The notes beneath the pieces are model-generated. The model was not told the DNA's origin and ran no database searches. It saw only the letters and a list, made by a program, of their open reading frames with translations. Below, one piece after another: positions 37,156-46,354 of a stretch of DNA of 60,690 nucleotides. Position 1 is the stretch's first letter, and every line of letters begins with the position of its first letter. The stretch spans positions 1 to 60,690 of the forward strand of contig CAZUZG010000002.1 of NCBI GenBank assembly GCA_964624665.1, in the 5' to 3' direction. The translations under genes were made by a program, and so were the position numbers. The DNA is from an uncultured Candidatus Saccharibacteria bacterium (lineage in GTDB: Bacteria; Patescibacteriota; Minisyncoccia; Phycocordibacterales; UBA9973).

Positions 37156-37257
37156 GTTTGAAACTATTCTTCGTCAGGTCGCATAATTTTCTGCTGAAAA
37201 TTTGCTCGTGCTCGGCTCGTCAGCCTGCGCAAAGCCTGTCAAATAATAGTTCCAAAC
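37156..37257 (+). repeat. 102-nt structured intergenic element, copy A (candidate ncRNA)
   Basis: Shares its core with 47227-47328 (+) and 56982-57083 (-). Outer 13-nt arms gtttgaaactatt / aatagttccaaac are complementary. Ends 15 nt before the nusA ATG. Confidence 0.6.
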
Positions 37258-37272
37258 ATCCTAAAACTAAAT

Positions 37273-38529
37273 ATGTTAGACCTAAAAGTGATGAAATCAG
37301 CGCTCGAACAGCTTGAAGAAGAGCGCAAAATTCCAAAAGAAAAAATAATTGAGGCTATCGAACTGGCTCTAGCTGCCGCTTACAAGAAAGATTACGGTAA
37401 AAAAGACCAAATTATAAGGGCTAAATTCGATATGGATACCGGAACCACGGATTTTTCTCAGATCAAGATTGTTGTAGACGAGTCTACCGTCAGAATGCCG
37501 GAAGAAGATGAGGGTGAAATAGAAACTGAGGAAGAGGGCGAATTGGAGGAAAAAGTCCGTTTTAATGAAGAAAAGCACATCCTGCTTGAAGATGCCAAGA
37601 AAATCAAAAAAGATGCCAAGCTGGAAGACGAAATCGTTTTTTCGCTTGAGCCGAAAGATGATTATGGCCGAATCGCCGCCCAGACCGCCAAGCAGGTTAT
37701 AATTCAGCGTATCAGAGAAGCTGAAAGAACTTCAATTTTAGGTGAATACGGCGACAAGGAAGGTGAAATTATCAGCGGTTTCGTTCAAAAAATCGAACGG
37801 GGCGCTATTTTTGTCGATTTCAATCGGGCGGTCGGCATTATTTCGTCGGAAGAACAAATTCCAGGTGAAAACTTCAGTCGAGGTCAAAGGATCAAGGCTT
37901 ATCTCTATCAAGTCGAAGAAGGTCCGCGCGGAGTCAATTTGCGTTTATCTCGCACTCATCCAAAGTTTTTGGAAAAACTTTTTGCCATGGAGGCGCCTGA
38001 AATTGCCTCTGGCGTGGTTGAAATCAAAAGCATTGCCCGAGAAGCCGGTTCCAGATCAAAAATCGCCGTTATGTCGCATGATGAAAATGTCGATCCGGTC
38101 GGATCATGTGTCGGCCAGAAAGGCATCAGGGTCACCACGGTCATGAGCGAACTGTCCGGCGAGAAAATAGATCTGATTCCATGGTCGGCTGATCCGAAAG
38201 AGTTTGTAATAAATTCTTTGTCCCCGGCGAAAGTTTTGGAAATAAATATAAACGAAGAAGAGCATAAAGCGACAATTGAAGTCGCCAATGACCAGCTGTC
38301 TTTGGCGATCGGCAAAGGTGGACAAAATGTAAGATTGGCGGCCAAGCTAACCGGTTGGAAGATCGATATCAAGGGTGTCGGCGGAGAGGAGGCCCTTGAG
38401 CCGGCAGAAGAAGCAGGAATGGAAAACGATCAATTGGAGGCTGAAATGAAAAATGATGAAACCGATACCGCAACAGCAGACCAGTCTTTAAAAGAAATGA
38501 TCGAAGAATCAAAGAAGTCCGAAGAGTAA
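37273..38529 (+). CDS. nusA: transcription termination/antitermination factor NusA
   Basis: N-terminal NusA domain, S1 domain (GEIISGFVQKIERGAIFVDF) and two KH domains (VGSCVGQKGIRV, AIGKGGQNVRLAAKLTGWKIDI). Confidence 0.95.
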   Translation: MLDLKVMKSALEQLEEERKIPKEKIIEAIELALAAAYKKDYGKKDQIIRAKFDMDTGTTDFSQIKIVVDESTVRMPEEDEGEIETEEEGELEEKVRFNEEKHILLEDAKKIKKDAKLEDEIVFSLEPKDDYGRIAAQTAKQVIIQRIREAERTSILGEYGDKEGEIISGFVQKIERGAIFVDFNRAVGIISSEEQIPGENFSRGQRIKAYLYQVEEGPRGVNLRLSRTHPKFLEKLFAMEAPEIASGVVEIKSIAREAGSRSKIAVMSHDENVDPVGSCVGQKGIRVTTVMSELSGEKIDLIPWSADPKEFVINSLSPAKVLEININEEEHKATIEVANDQLSLAIGKGGQNVRLAAKLTGWKIDIKGVGGEEALEPAEEAGMENDQLEAEMKNDETDTATADQSLKEMIEESKKSEE

Positions 38530-38554
38530 TTATTATCTAATTTAATATTAAAAT

Positions 38555-39088
38555 ATGAATCTTTTACACGATGTATCAATGGGCAAAGATGTGCCGGAAG
38601 TTATCAATGTAATTATTGAAATAAACAAGGGTTCAAAAAATAAATACGAAATAGACAAGGAAACAGGCCTTATCACGCTCGACCGGGCAATGTATACGGC
38701 CCAGGATTATCCTTTTGATTATGGATTTGTGCCTCAAACATACTGGGATGATGGCGATGCTTTGGATGTGGTTGTTTTGACAACTTATCCTCTGGCGCCG
38801 GGCATCTTGGTTAGGGCAAGGCCGGTGGCTATTATGCGCATGGTCGATGGCGGCGAAGCGGATGAAAAAGTTATTGCCGTGCCTAAAGATGACCCAAGAT
38901 GGAATGATGTCAAAGATTTAGCCGATGTAAATGAACACACACTCAAGGAAATCGAGCATTTCTTCATGACGTATAAGAATTTACAGAATAAAAAAGTTGA
39001 AGTTGGCGGGTTTGAAGGCGCAGCCTCGGCCAAGGAAGCCATTCTTCGAAGCCAGAAGCTTTATCATGATAAATTCGGATCTAAATAG
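38555..39088 (+). CDS. ppa: inorganic pyrophosphatase (family I)
   Basis: EINKGSKNKYE, YPFDYGFVPQT and DGDALDVVVL motifs. Confidence 0.95.
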   Translation: MNLLHDVSMGKDVPEVINVIIEINKGSKNKYEIDKETGLITLDRAMYTAQDYPFDYGFVPQTYWDDGDALDVVVLTTYPLAPGILVRARPVAIMRMVDGGEADEKVIAVPKDDPRWNDVKDLADVNEHTLKEIEHFFMTYKNLQNKKVEVGGFEGAASAKEAILRSQKLYHDKFGSK

Positions 39089-39198
39089 ACTAATAGATCC
39101 GCATGTCTTATAATAAGAGCTGGGAGTCGGTTTTATAATTTAAATTAAAAAACATCGTGTTTTATATGGGTATTATGCGATGTTATTGACGAAATTAA

Positions 39199-39966
39199 AT
39201 GAAAAAATACTTAAGTTTATTTATGGTTTTGGCGTTTATGCTTTCTTTTTCTTTTGCTTCGGCTGAAGAAATTGAAACAACTGACAGTACAACTAGCACT
39301 GTCGATGCGGCCGTTCCGGCTTTTGGCCAAGCTATTAAAGCCAAGAGAGAAGCTTACGAAGCTAAAATAAAAGCTGAAAGAGAAGCTTTCAAGAATAATC
39401 TAGAGGCTAAAAAGAGCGAATTTAAAGATAAAAAAATGGCTGAGCGCGAGGCTTTCAGAGCTGAGATTAAAGCCAAACAGGAAGAATTTAAATCAAAAAT
39501 AGATGCCGAGAGATCCGCTTTCAAGGAAGAAGTCGAAGCTAAAAAGGCTGAATTCAAGGCCAATATTGCTGAAAAAAGATCAGAATTCAGAGCTAAAGCT
39601 GAAGAAATGATGAGCAAGAATTTTGAAGCTCAGACTGTAAATATTGAAAGACTTCAAACTCGAGTTTCCGATGAGATCGAGAAATTAAAAGCAGCCGGCG
39701 CGGACACTGAAAAGGCTGTCGAATACCTTGCTGTTTCCAAGCAGAAATTGGATGAGGCCAAGGCAAAAATCGCCGAGGTTAAGGCTTTGATTCCAACGAC
39801 CGACTCAAAGGTCACTGTTGAAACTTTCGAAAAAGTTAAGCTTGGCGCCAGAGATGCAAAGAATTTGTTGAAGGAGTCTCATTCTAATTTGGTTGAGGCG
39901 CTGAAGACTGTGAAAATGATAAAGGTCGCAAACCCTGCTACAACCGCTGTTCCAGCTAATCAATAA
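39199..39966 (+). CDS. secreted protein with eight tandem 11-residue repeats
   Basis: Signal peptide LFMVLAFMLSFSFASA. From aa 47 to 134 there are 8 x 11 aa repeats of the pattern .A(K/E)R.EFK..I. Confidence 0.6.
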   Translation: MKKYLSLFMVLAFMLSFSFASAEEIETTDSTTSTVDAAVPAFGQAIKAKREAYEAKIKAEREAFKNNLEAKKSEFKDKKMAEREAFRAEIKAKQEEFKSKIDAERSAFKEEVEAKKAEFKANIAEKRSEFRAKAEEMMSKNFEAQTVNIERLQTRVSDEIEKLKAAGADTEKAVEYLAVSKQKLDEAKAKIAEVKALIPTTDSKVTVETFEKVKLGARDAKNLLKESHSNLVEALKTVKMIKVANPATTAVPANQ

Positions 39967-39970
39967 TTAT

Positions 39971-40207
39971 ATGGAAAAAAAATCAAACAGCTTTAAGATA
40001 ATCATAATTATTGCGGCGCTTATTTTGATCGCCGGCGGAATCTATTTATATAAAAATAGAGCTTCTAAACAAGGACAGCCGATTTATAATCAGGCTGCAA
40101 CCAATCCCGCAAAGGATTCAACTGTTTCAGGTGGTAACGACAACGTTTCCAGCATTGAGGCAGATTTGAATAAATTGGACATAGACAGCCTAGACCAAGG
40201 CATCTAA
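39971..40207 (+). CDS. small single-TM protein (78 aa)
   Basis: TM segment FKIIIIIAALILIAGGIYLY. Begins 4 nt after the upstream gene and is followed by a terminator. Confidence 0.45.
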   Translation: MEKKSNSFKIIIIIAALILIAGGIYLYKNRASKQGQPIYNQAATNPAKDSTVSGGNDNVSSIEADLNKLDIDSLDQGI

Positions 40208-40225
40208 GCTAGGGATGTAAAAATT

Positions 40226-40260
40226 AAAAAATAGCGGACACAGAGTGTTCGCTATTTTTT
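40226..40260 (+). terminator. intrinsic terminator
   Basis: aaaaaatagcggacac-agag-tgttcgctatttttt (one G.T pair). Confidence 0.6.
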
Positions 40261-40272
40261 ATTGCAAACTTA

Positions 40273-40296
40273 CCCTGTCGCTCGCGAGCGACAGGG
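40273..40296. repeat. GC-rich perfect palindrome, copy 2 (ccctgtcgctcgcgagcgacaggg)
   Basis: 24-nt perfect palindrome followed by tttt. Related to 9538-9557. Confidence 0.5.
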
Positions 40297-40333
40297 TTTT
40301 GACAAAAGAATTTAGGAAGGCTAGACTAGTGCC

Positions 40334-41344
40334 ATGGAAATTAAAATAAATAATTTAGGTCAGAGTGAGCTTGAAATCGAAGGCGTTTTGCCTTGGGATC
40401 AGTTTGAAAAATTTGAAAAAGAAGCCTTGGGAAATTTGGGTGAAAATCTTGAATTGCCCGGTTTTCGCAAGGGTCATATTCCGGAAAATGTGCTGATGAA
40501 ACAAATTCCAGAGAGCCGACTGCTTGAAGAAATGGCTGAGATTGCTTTAGCTCGGGAATATTCAAAAATCTTAATAGAAAATAAAATCGACGCGATCGGC
40601 CGGCCGGAAATAATCTTGACCAAACTGGCTAAGGGCAATCCGCTGGAATTCAAGATCAAGACCGCAGTTTTGCCGGAGGTAAAATTGCCTGAATATAAAG
40701 AAATTGCCAAAAAAGCCGAAAAAATCAAAGAAGTTGAAGTTGGTGAAGAGGAATTGGAAAAAACTATTCTTCAGATTAGAAAATTGAAGGCCGGCAAAAA
40801 AGAATCTGATGAAGTTAAAGAGGAAGAATTGCCTGTTTTGGATGAAGAATTCGTCAAAAGTCTCGGCAATTTTTCCGATATGGAAGATTTTAAAAATAAG
40901 CTCAGGGAAAATATCTTGCTAGAGAAGAATAACAAAGAAAGAGAAAAGAGAAGAATTAAAATCATTGAAGATATTTTGTCGGAAGTCTCGATTGATTTGC
41001 CGAAAATTTTGATTGACCTTGAGCTGGAAAAAATGATTGCCCGATTGAAAAATGATGTTGAGTCGGCCGGTTTGAAGTTTGATGCTTATTTGGAGCAAAT
41101 TAAAAAAACCGAAGATGATATCAAAAAAGATTGGCTTGATGGCGCGACCAAAAAAGCCAAAATCGAGCTTATTATCAACAAGATTTCCGATACGGAAAAA
41201 ATAGATGTTGCGAGCCAGGACATCGAGCACGAAGTCTCTCACCTGCTGGAGGTTTACAAAGATGCCGATCCGGAGAGAGCTAAGGCTTATGTTGAAAATG
41301 TCTTGAGAAATGAAAAAGTCCTCCAGCTTTTAGAAAATCAATAA
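40334..41344 (+). CDS. tig: trigger factor (short form, apparently lacking the PPIase domain)
   Basis: N-terminal ribosome-binding motif GFRKGHIP and a TF C-terminal domain. At 336 aa it is too short to contain the FKBP insert. Located upstream of clpP. Confidence 0.85.
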   Translation: MEIKINNLGQSELEIEGVLPWDQFEKFEKEALGNLGENLELPGFRKGHIPENVLMKQIPESRLLEEMAEIALAREYSKILIENKIDAIGRPEIILTKLAKGNPLEFKIKTAVLPEVKLPEYKEIAKKAEKIKEVEVGEEELEKTILQIRKLKAGKKESDEVKEEELPVLDEEFVKSLGNFSDMEDFKNKLRENILLEKNNKEREKRRIKIIEDILSEVSIDLPKILIDLELEKMIARLKNDVESAGLKFDAYLEQIKKTEDDIKKDWLDGATKKAKIELIINKISDTEKIDVASQDIEHEVSHLLEVYKDADPERAKAYVENVLRNEKVLQLLENQ

Positions 41345-41362
41345 ATTTGCTAAGATAAAAAT

Positions 41363-41959
41363 ATGTTAATTCCAACAGTAATAGAAAAATCGCAATTCGG
41401 CGAACGGGCTTATGATATCTTTTCTCGCCTGCTCAAGGAGCGTATTATTTTTATGGGCGATGAAATCAATGATTACACCGCTAATCTGGTTATTGCTCAA
41501 TTGCTTCATCTGGAGCAAGAGGATCCAAAAAAGGACATATATTTGTATATCAATTCTCCGGGCGGTTCAGTGAGTTCAACCTTGGCCATTATTGATACAA
41601 TGAATTATATTAGGCCTGATGTCTCGACTATTTGTGTTGGCATGGCGGCTTCCGGCGGAGCCTGGATGCTTTCTTCTGGCGCCAAGGGCAAAAGGATGAT
41701 CCTCCCCCATTCCAAAGTAATGATCCACCAGCCTTTGGGCGGAGCCGGCGGCCAGGCTACTGATTTGAAAATCCAAGTTGAAGAAATTTTAAAATCAAAA
41801 AAACTCCTGATAGAAATGCTTGCCAAAAATACCGGACAAAAAGTCGACCGAATTTCCCAAGATATTGAAAGAGATTATTGGATGTCGGCCGATGAGGCTA
41901 AAAAATACGGCATCGTTGATGAAATTATCCAAAAAGCCAAAGCCGTCAGGGAAAAATAA
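41363..41959 (+). CDS. clpP: ATP-dependent Clp protease proteolytic subunit
   Basis: The catalytic Ser context GMAAS and the MIHQPLGG motif are present. 198 aa. Confidence 0.95.
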   Translation: MLIPTVIEKSQFGERAYDIFSRLLKERIIFMGDEINDYTANLVIAQLLHLEQEDPKKDIYLYINSPGGSVSSTLAIIDTMNYIRPDVSTICVGMAASGGAWMLSSGAKGKRMILPHSKVMIHQPLGGAGGQATDLKIQVEEILKSKKLLIEMLAKNTGQKVDRISQDIERDYWMSADEAKKYGIVDEIIQKAKAVREK

Positions 41960-41971
41960 AATAATTCTCAT

Positions 41972-42006
41972 AAAAACTCCAATTTTATCCAAAAGTTGGA
42001 GTTTTT
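41972..42006 (+). terminator. intrinsic terminator after clpP
   Basis: aaaaactccaa ... ttggagttttt stem followed by a T-run. Confidence 0.6.
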
Positions 42007-42206
42007 ATTTTGTTATTGTATATTGAAAGTGTTGATATCGAATTTAAAATTAATTGAATGCTTTAAGAATAATACCGAATACTACTTCCAAATTTAAAAT
42101 CATGATTGATAACACGACAAAATTGATAATATGCTAGAAATAAAGTTTAGACCGTCGAGCTTTTAGTTTGATAATATTGGGTGTTTTCTTGTAAGCGCGG
42201 ACGCTT

Positions 42207-43733
42207 ATGAGTTTAGAGATAATCCTGTTTTCAGGAGGCGCTCTCCTTGCGGGGGCGGCTTTGGGCTACTATCTCCGTTTGATGATCGCTTTGAGCAAGC
42301 ATGGCTCGATGGAGATCGAAATCAAGCAGATGATGATCGTGGCCAAAGAAGAGGCGCAAAAGATCACCGAGGAGGCCAATAAGAAAATCGAAGAGAAGAT
42401 GGAGGAGATCAAGGGCGAGGAAAAGATTAAAGAATTGGAATTCAAAAAGACCGAAGATCGCCTGATTAAAAAAGAAGCATTGCTTGATTCCAGGCAGCTG
42501 GAAATCGACAAAGAGGTCGAGCATATCAAGTTGAAGATCGAGGAAATCAAGGATATTCGGGAAAAGGCTGAAAATTTGGAAAAAGAAAAATTTGCCAAGC
42601 TTGAAGCTATCGCCAGGCTGACTGAAACCGAAGCCAAGGAAGAATTATTCAAGACAATCGAGAAAAAAGCCGAAGAAGACTTGATGGTCCGAATGCAAAA
42701 ACTCGAAATATCCGGCCAGGAGAAACTCAATCGCCGAGCCAAAGACATTTTGGCGACTTCGATTCAGCGCTTGGCTTCTTCGACGGCCTCAGAACATATG
42801 ACGACCTTGGTCGCTATTCCATCTGACGACATCAAAGGTAAAATTATCGGCAAGGAAGGCCGAAATATCAGGGCTTTTGAAAGGGCCGCCGGTGTTGAAT
42901 TGATCGTCGACGATACTCCGGGTTCGATTGTTATTTCTTCTTTTGATCCTGTTCGTCGACAAGTTGCTCGCGTGGCACTGGAAAACCTTATAACAGACAG
43001 CCGTATTCAACCGGCTAAAATAGAAGAAATGGTTGATAAGGCTAAAGAAGAAATCAATAAAATTATTAAAGAAAGGGGTGAGCAGGCCGTCTATGAATGC
43101 GGTATTTTCAACCTTGATCCGCGCATTGTCGCCATTGTCGGCCGATTGCACTTCAGGACGAGTTACGGACAGAATGTCTTGCAACACTCTATTGAAATGA
43201 CTCATGTTGCCGGCATGTTGGCGGAAGAATTGGGCGCCGATGTGGCAATCGCCAAGGCTGGCGCCTTGGTTCATGATATCGGCAAGGCTTTGGATCATGA
43301 AGTCCAAGGCACCCATATCGATATTGGCATGCGAATCTTGCAAAAATTCGGCGCTGATCCGAGAGTTATTACCGCGATGAAAAGCCACCATGAGGATTAT
43401 CCGTATGAAACGATTGAGTCGATCATCGTTCAGACCGCCGATGCGATCTCTGGCGGCCGTCCTGGCGCTCGTAGAGATAGTGTAGAAAATTATCTCAAAC
43501 GCTTGGCCGATCTCGAAGCCATTGTGAATTCTTTCCAGGGTGTCCAGAAATCTTATGCTTTGCAGGCTGGCCGCGAGATTCGAGTCTTTGTCAGCCCAGA
43601 TCAGATTACCGACTTTGAAGCTCGAAACCTGGCCCGCGATGTCGCGACCCGTATCGAGCAAGAATTGAAATATCCGGGTGAAATCAAGGTTACAGTTATC
43701 CGCGAAACCAGAATAATCGACTTCGCTAGATAG
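42207..43733 (+). CDS. rny: ribonuclease Y
   Basis: N-terminal TM segment, K/E coiled coil, KH domain (GKIIGKEGRNIRAFE) and HD domain (ALVHDIGKA...HH). Confidence 0.95.
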   Translation: MSLEIILFSGGALLAGAALGYYLRLMIALSKHGSMEIEIKQMMIVAKEEAQKITEEANKKIEEKMEEIKGEEKIKELEFKKTEDRLIKKEALLDSRQLEIDKEVEHIKLKIEEIKDIREKAENLEKEKFAKLEAIARLTETEAKEELFKTIEKKAEEDLMVRMQKLEISGQEKLNRRAKDILATSIQRLASSTASEHMTTLVAIPSDDIKGKIIGKEGRNIRAFERAAGVELIVDDTPGSIVISSFDPVRRQVARVALENLITDSRIQPAKIEEMVDKAKEEINKIIKERGEQAVYECGIFNLDPRIVAIVGRLHFRTSYGQNVLQHSIEMTHVAGMLAEELGADVAIAKAGALVHDIGKALDHEVQGTHIDIGMRILQKFGADPRVITAMKSHHEDYPYETIESIIVQTADAISGGRPGARRDSVENYLKRLADLEAIVNSFQGVQKSYALQAGREIRVFVSPDQITDFEARNLARDVATRIEQELKYPGEIKVTVIRETRIIDFAR

Positions 43734-43740
43734 AAAAATA

Positions 43741-43771
43741 AAAAACCACCTGAATAATTCAGGTGGTTTTT
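43741..43771. terminator. bidirectional terminator
   Basis: aaaaaccacctgaat-a-attcaggtggttttt, a perfect stem between convergent genes. Confidence 0.7.
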
Positions 43772-43781
43772 GCAATTACTT

Positions 43782-44096
43782 TTACTTTTTGTTGATCATT
43801 TCAACTTTCTTGAAAATCTCATCTCCTATTTTTACAGCATGATGCATGTGTAATAAGTGATAGCTACTTCGATTTAAATAAGAAGTCTCATAATATCCTC
43901 TTGTTAATAATTTATTAAAATCATGAATACCTAGACAAGATTCTTCACAGATTTGCTTGAAAGCTTCTTCTGTTTCTGAATTTTTTTCGATAAACCAAGA
44001 TCTAATATCTTCTTGTTCAGTATCCTCAGGATAACTACCATACCATGCTTCAACCAATAGGAAATATCCAATTATTGGTTCAGTTTTCGTTTCCAT
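43782..44096 (-). CDS. hypothetical protein (104 aa)
   Basis: ATG ORF in a very AT-rich stretch. No motif recognised. Confidence 0.45.
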   Translation of the reverse strand: METKTEPIIGYFLLVEAWYGSYPEDTEQEDIRSWFIEKNSETEEAFKQICEESCLGIHDFNKLLTRGYYETSYLNRSSYHLLHMHHAVKIGDEIFKKVEMINKK

Positions 44097-44260
44097 GTTT
44101 TTATATTTTGGTTATTTTTTCTTTGACCAATAAACATAAAATTCAATAAAATAAAAACTTTTTGGACTTTTTACAAAGAACAATCTCACAATCAGACCAC
44201 TAATTACTTAATGAGCTGAATAATGAGGGCGATTTTACTATAGGCTCGCCCATTTTCCTT

Positions 44261-44635
44261 TTACGATTTTAATATCGTGATACCGAGATGTTCGGGTTTA
44301 AAAGTAAAATTTCCAGCATTTACAGAATCTTTCTGATCTATAAACATGGAGTTATTTTCAGAAATAATCGTAATTCTTTTGAAGAAGTATTTTACAAAAT
44401 CTTTCCCTTCTTCATGATCGTATACTTCTTTTATAATTACTTTTTTGCCTAAATTTAATTCCCCTATTTGTTTTTCAGAAATCTTTTCCTGTTTGAATTG
44501 CGTTCCAAACCAGACTTTTCCTAAATCACAAACATTTATTAAACAATAAGTTTTTGTTTTAATGTGAGTATTAAAAGCATTAAAACGATCATAACGAGAA
44601 ACCAAAACCATTTGTTTTTTTATCAAGCCGTTCAT
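44261..44635 (-). CDS. hypothetical protein (124 aa)
   Basis: ATG ORF in a very AT-rich stretch. No motif recognised. Confidence 0.45.
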   Translation of the reverse strand: MNGLIKKQMVLVSRYDRFNAFNTHIKTKTYCLINVCDLGKVWFGTQFKQEKISEKQIGELNLGKKVIIKEVYDHEEGKDFVKYFFKRITIISENNSMFIDQKDSVNAGNFTFKPEHLGITILKS

Positions 44636-44933
44636 TTTGTGAGATTTAATTGGTTAGGTGAGGTTTCTAGAATTGCCTCGCACAACCAATCAAATCTTTC
44701 TTCAAGAAGACTTTATTAGAAATACAGGTCAACGGTCTATATTTCCAATAAAGTCCCCTCAAGAATTTTTTAAAAAGAACATATCAGGTTTCTTATCTCA
44801 TCCTGACAAGCGTAATGTAGCAGATATAGTTGACTATGTCAACTATTCTTGTTATGCTATATTTGCTAAAATCAATAAAAATAAGCATTTTCAATAATTT
44901 TTTATAAATTTATCAAAAATATTTGTCAAATTT

Positions 44934-45716
44934 ATGATCGAAATTCCAGAAGAAATCAAACAAACTTTAAGTGAAATCGGCCTCGATCGGACCCAAATTC
45001 AAGTCTATATGCTCCTCTTGAAAAAGGGCCTTTTGAGCATTCAGGATATCACCAACGAGCTCAAACTCCCCCGCTCTTCGATTCACTTAGCTTGTGAAGG
45101 CTTGCTGGCTAGAGGCGTTATCAATGTTTCTATTTCCGGCAAAAGGCGCAATTTTTATATCGAACAGCCCAAGAATATCGAGAATTTTTTGACCCAAAAG
45201 GAAAATGAAATCAAAGCGCACAAGCTGGCTCTCGGTTCTATTTTGCCAAAGCTTACAGCTTTTTATGCCGTATCAAATGAATCAGAGCCGATCGATATCG
45301 AAGAATTGCATGGCGAAGACGGCTTTGTCGAGACTTTTTATCGATCTTTGAATCAGCCAAAAGATGGCGAAGTTTTGCGTTTTGGCGGCGATCCGACCCT
45401 TTTTACCGTAGCCCGCGATCGATTGGTTAAATATCGCAAAGAACGAGAAAAGAAAAGGATATTTAGTCGAATGCTTCAACCAAAATCTCCTTTTTCAGAA
45501 GAAGAAATAAAGGACGCCAAGCTCAAAATGCGTGAAGTTAGGATTTTACCTAAAGAGATTTATGATCCAAAATTACAGATGTCCGTCTGGGCCGACAATC
45601 TGGCGGTCACTGTCTGGGATAAGGGCCTGCATTCAGTCATGATCCGCAATAAAGCTATTGCCGATTTCATGAGACAGATGTTTGAGATCGCCTGGAAGCA
45701 GGCCGGAGGCGAATAA
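44934..45716 (+). CDS. TrmB-family transcriptional regulator
   Basis: N-terminal winged HTH: LSEIGLDRTQIQVYMLLLKKGLLSIQDITNELKLPRSSIHLACEGLLARGVI. Confidence 0.75.
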   Translation: MIEIPEEIKQTLSEIGLDRTQIQVYMLLLKKGLLSIQDITNELKLPRSSIHLACEGLLARGVINVSISGKRRNFYIEQPKNIENFLTQKENEIKAHKLALGSILPKLTAFYAVSNESEPIDIEELHGEDGFVETFYRSLNQPKDGEVLRFGGDPTLFTVARDRLVKYRKEREKKRIFSRMLQPKSPFSEEEIKDAKLKMREVRILPKEIYDPKLQMSVWADNLAVTVWDKGLHSVMIRNKAIADFMRQMFEIAWKQAGGE

Positions 45717-45745
45717 AATTTCCAGACGGCAATTTTGCTTTTATA

Positions 45746-45774
45746 TTGCTTGTTTTTTTGGGATTGGTTATAAT
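45746..45774 (+). promoter_or_regulatory. sigma70-like promoter upstream of hup
   Basis: ttgctt (45746-45751), a 17-nt spacer, then tataat (45769-45774). Confidence 0.4.
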
Positions 45775-45833
45775 ATAAACGCATTAAAAAAATAGTCGAG
45801 TTAGTAAATTATTAGGTAATATTTTTATATATA

Positions 45834-46106
45834 ATGAATAAACAAGCACTCGTTGAATGGGTACATGAAAAAATCGGTGGAACAAAAGTTCAGGCCGAAG
45901 AAGTTGTTGATGGTTTGATCAACGCTATTATCAGCACCCTAAAGAAAGGCGGAGAAGTTTCAATTGCCGGTCTAGGCATCTTCTCAGTTAAGCCAAGGGC
46001 CGCTAGAACAGCTCGAAATCCAAAAACTGGCGAGACTGTAAATGTTCCAGCTACAAAGGTTCCAAAGTTCCGAGCAGCCAAAGCTTTAAAGGACGCTGTA
46101 AAATAA
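45834..46106 (+). CDS. hup: HU-family DNA-binding protein
   Basis: 90 aa. GFGIF-like GLGIFSVKPRAARTARNPKTGE arm motif. Confidence 0.95.
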   Translation: MNKQALVEWVHEKIGGTKVQAEEVVDGLINAIISTLKKGGEVSIAGLGIFSVKPRAARTARNPKTGETVNVPATKVPKFRAAKALKDAVK

Positions 46107-46124
46107 ATTTTTTACAGATAAAAA

Positions 46125-46155
46125 TAAAAAACCCTTATTCTATAAGGGTTTTTTA
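46125..46155. terminator. terminator after hup (also faces the tRNA genes)
   Basis: aaaaaacccttat-tc-tataagggtttttt. Confidence 0.7.
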
Positions 46156-46160
46156 TTTTG

Positions 46161-46231
46161 TGCGGGATAAGGGAATCGAACCCTTGACATCAGTTTGGAA
46201 AACTGAAGTTATACCATTTAACTAATCCCGC
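46161..46231 (-). tRNA. tRNA-Gly (anticodon UCC)
   Basis: The reverse complement folds as gcgggat-ta-gtta-aatggta-taac-t-tcagt-tttccaa-actga-tgtc-aaggg-ttcgatt-ccctt-atcccgc-a. No CCA is encoded. Confidence 0.85.
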
Positions 46232-46236
46232 TACTA

Positions 46237-46308
46237 TCGGGCTACTGGGATTCGAACCCAGACTAAATGCTCCCAAAGCAATCGTGCTAGCCGTTACACT
46301 ATAGCCCG
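46237..46308 (-). tRNA. tRNA-Pro (anticodon UGG)
   Basis: The reverse complement folds as cgggcta-ta-gtgt-aacggcta-gcac-g-attgc-tttggga-gcatt-tagt-ctggg-ttcgaat-cccag-tagcccg-a. There is one U.U mismatch in the anticodon stem. Confidence 0.8.
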
Positions 46309-46354
46309 TTTCAAAATTCTTACAAAAAAATGCCTACATATATTAGCATATTAT

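Noticed and set aside
37200-37245. Tiny ORFs inside the 102-nt elements (for example MLGLSTCAMSLKQ in copy B and VLGSSACAKPVK in copy A)
   Set aside because: Copy C loses the frame through an indel, and the substitutions between copies are paired across stems rather than synonymous. The conservation is therefore structural, not peptide-coding.
42789-43775. 328-aa ORF on the minus strand
   Set aside because: It lies entirely antisense to rny, whose plus-strand product has clear TM, KH and HD domains. The antisense translation is low-complexity with no motif, which is typical of a shadow ORF.
44658-44897. 79-aa plus-strand ORF upstream of the TrmB regulator
   Set aside because: It has a non-ATG start, lies in a very AT-rich promoter-like spacer and shows no motif. 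I left it uncalled, though a real small protein cannot be excluded.
46161-46231. First reading of this tRNA as tRNA-Trp because CCA appears in the anticodon loop
   Set aside because: A strict 5-bp stem / 7-nt loop parse (tcagt-tttccaa-actga) puts UCC at positions 34-36. The sequence also closely resembles bacterial tRNA-Gly(UCC), so it is called Gly.
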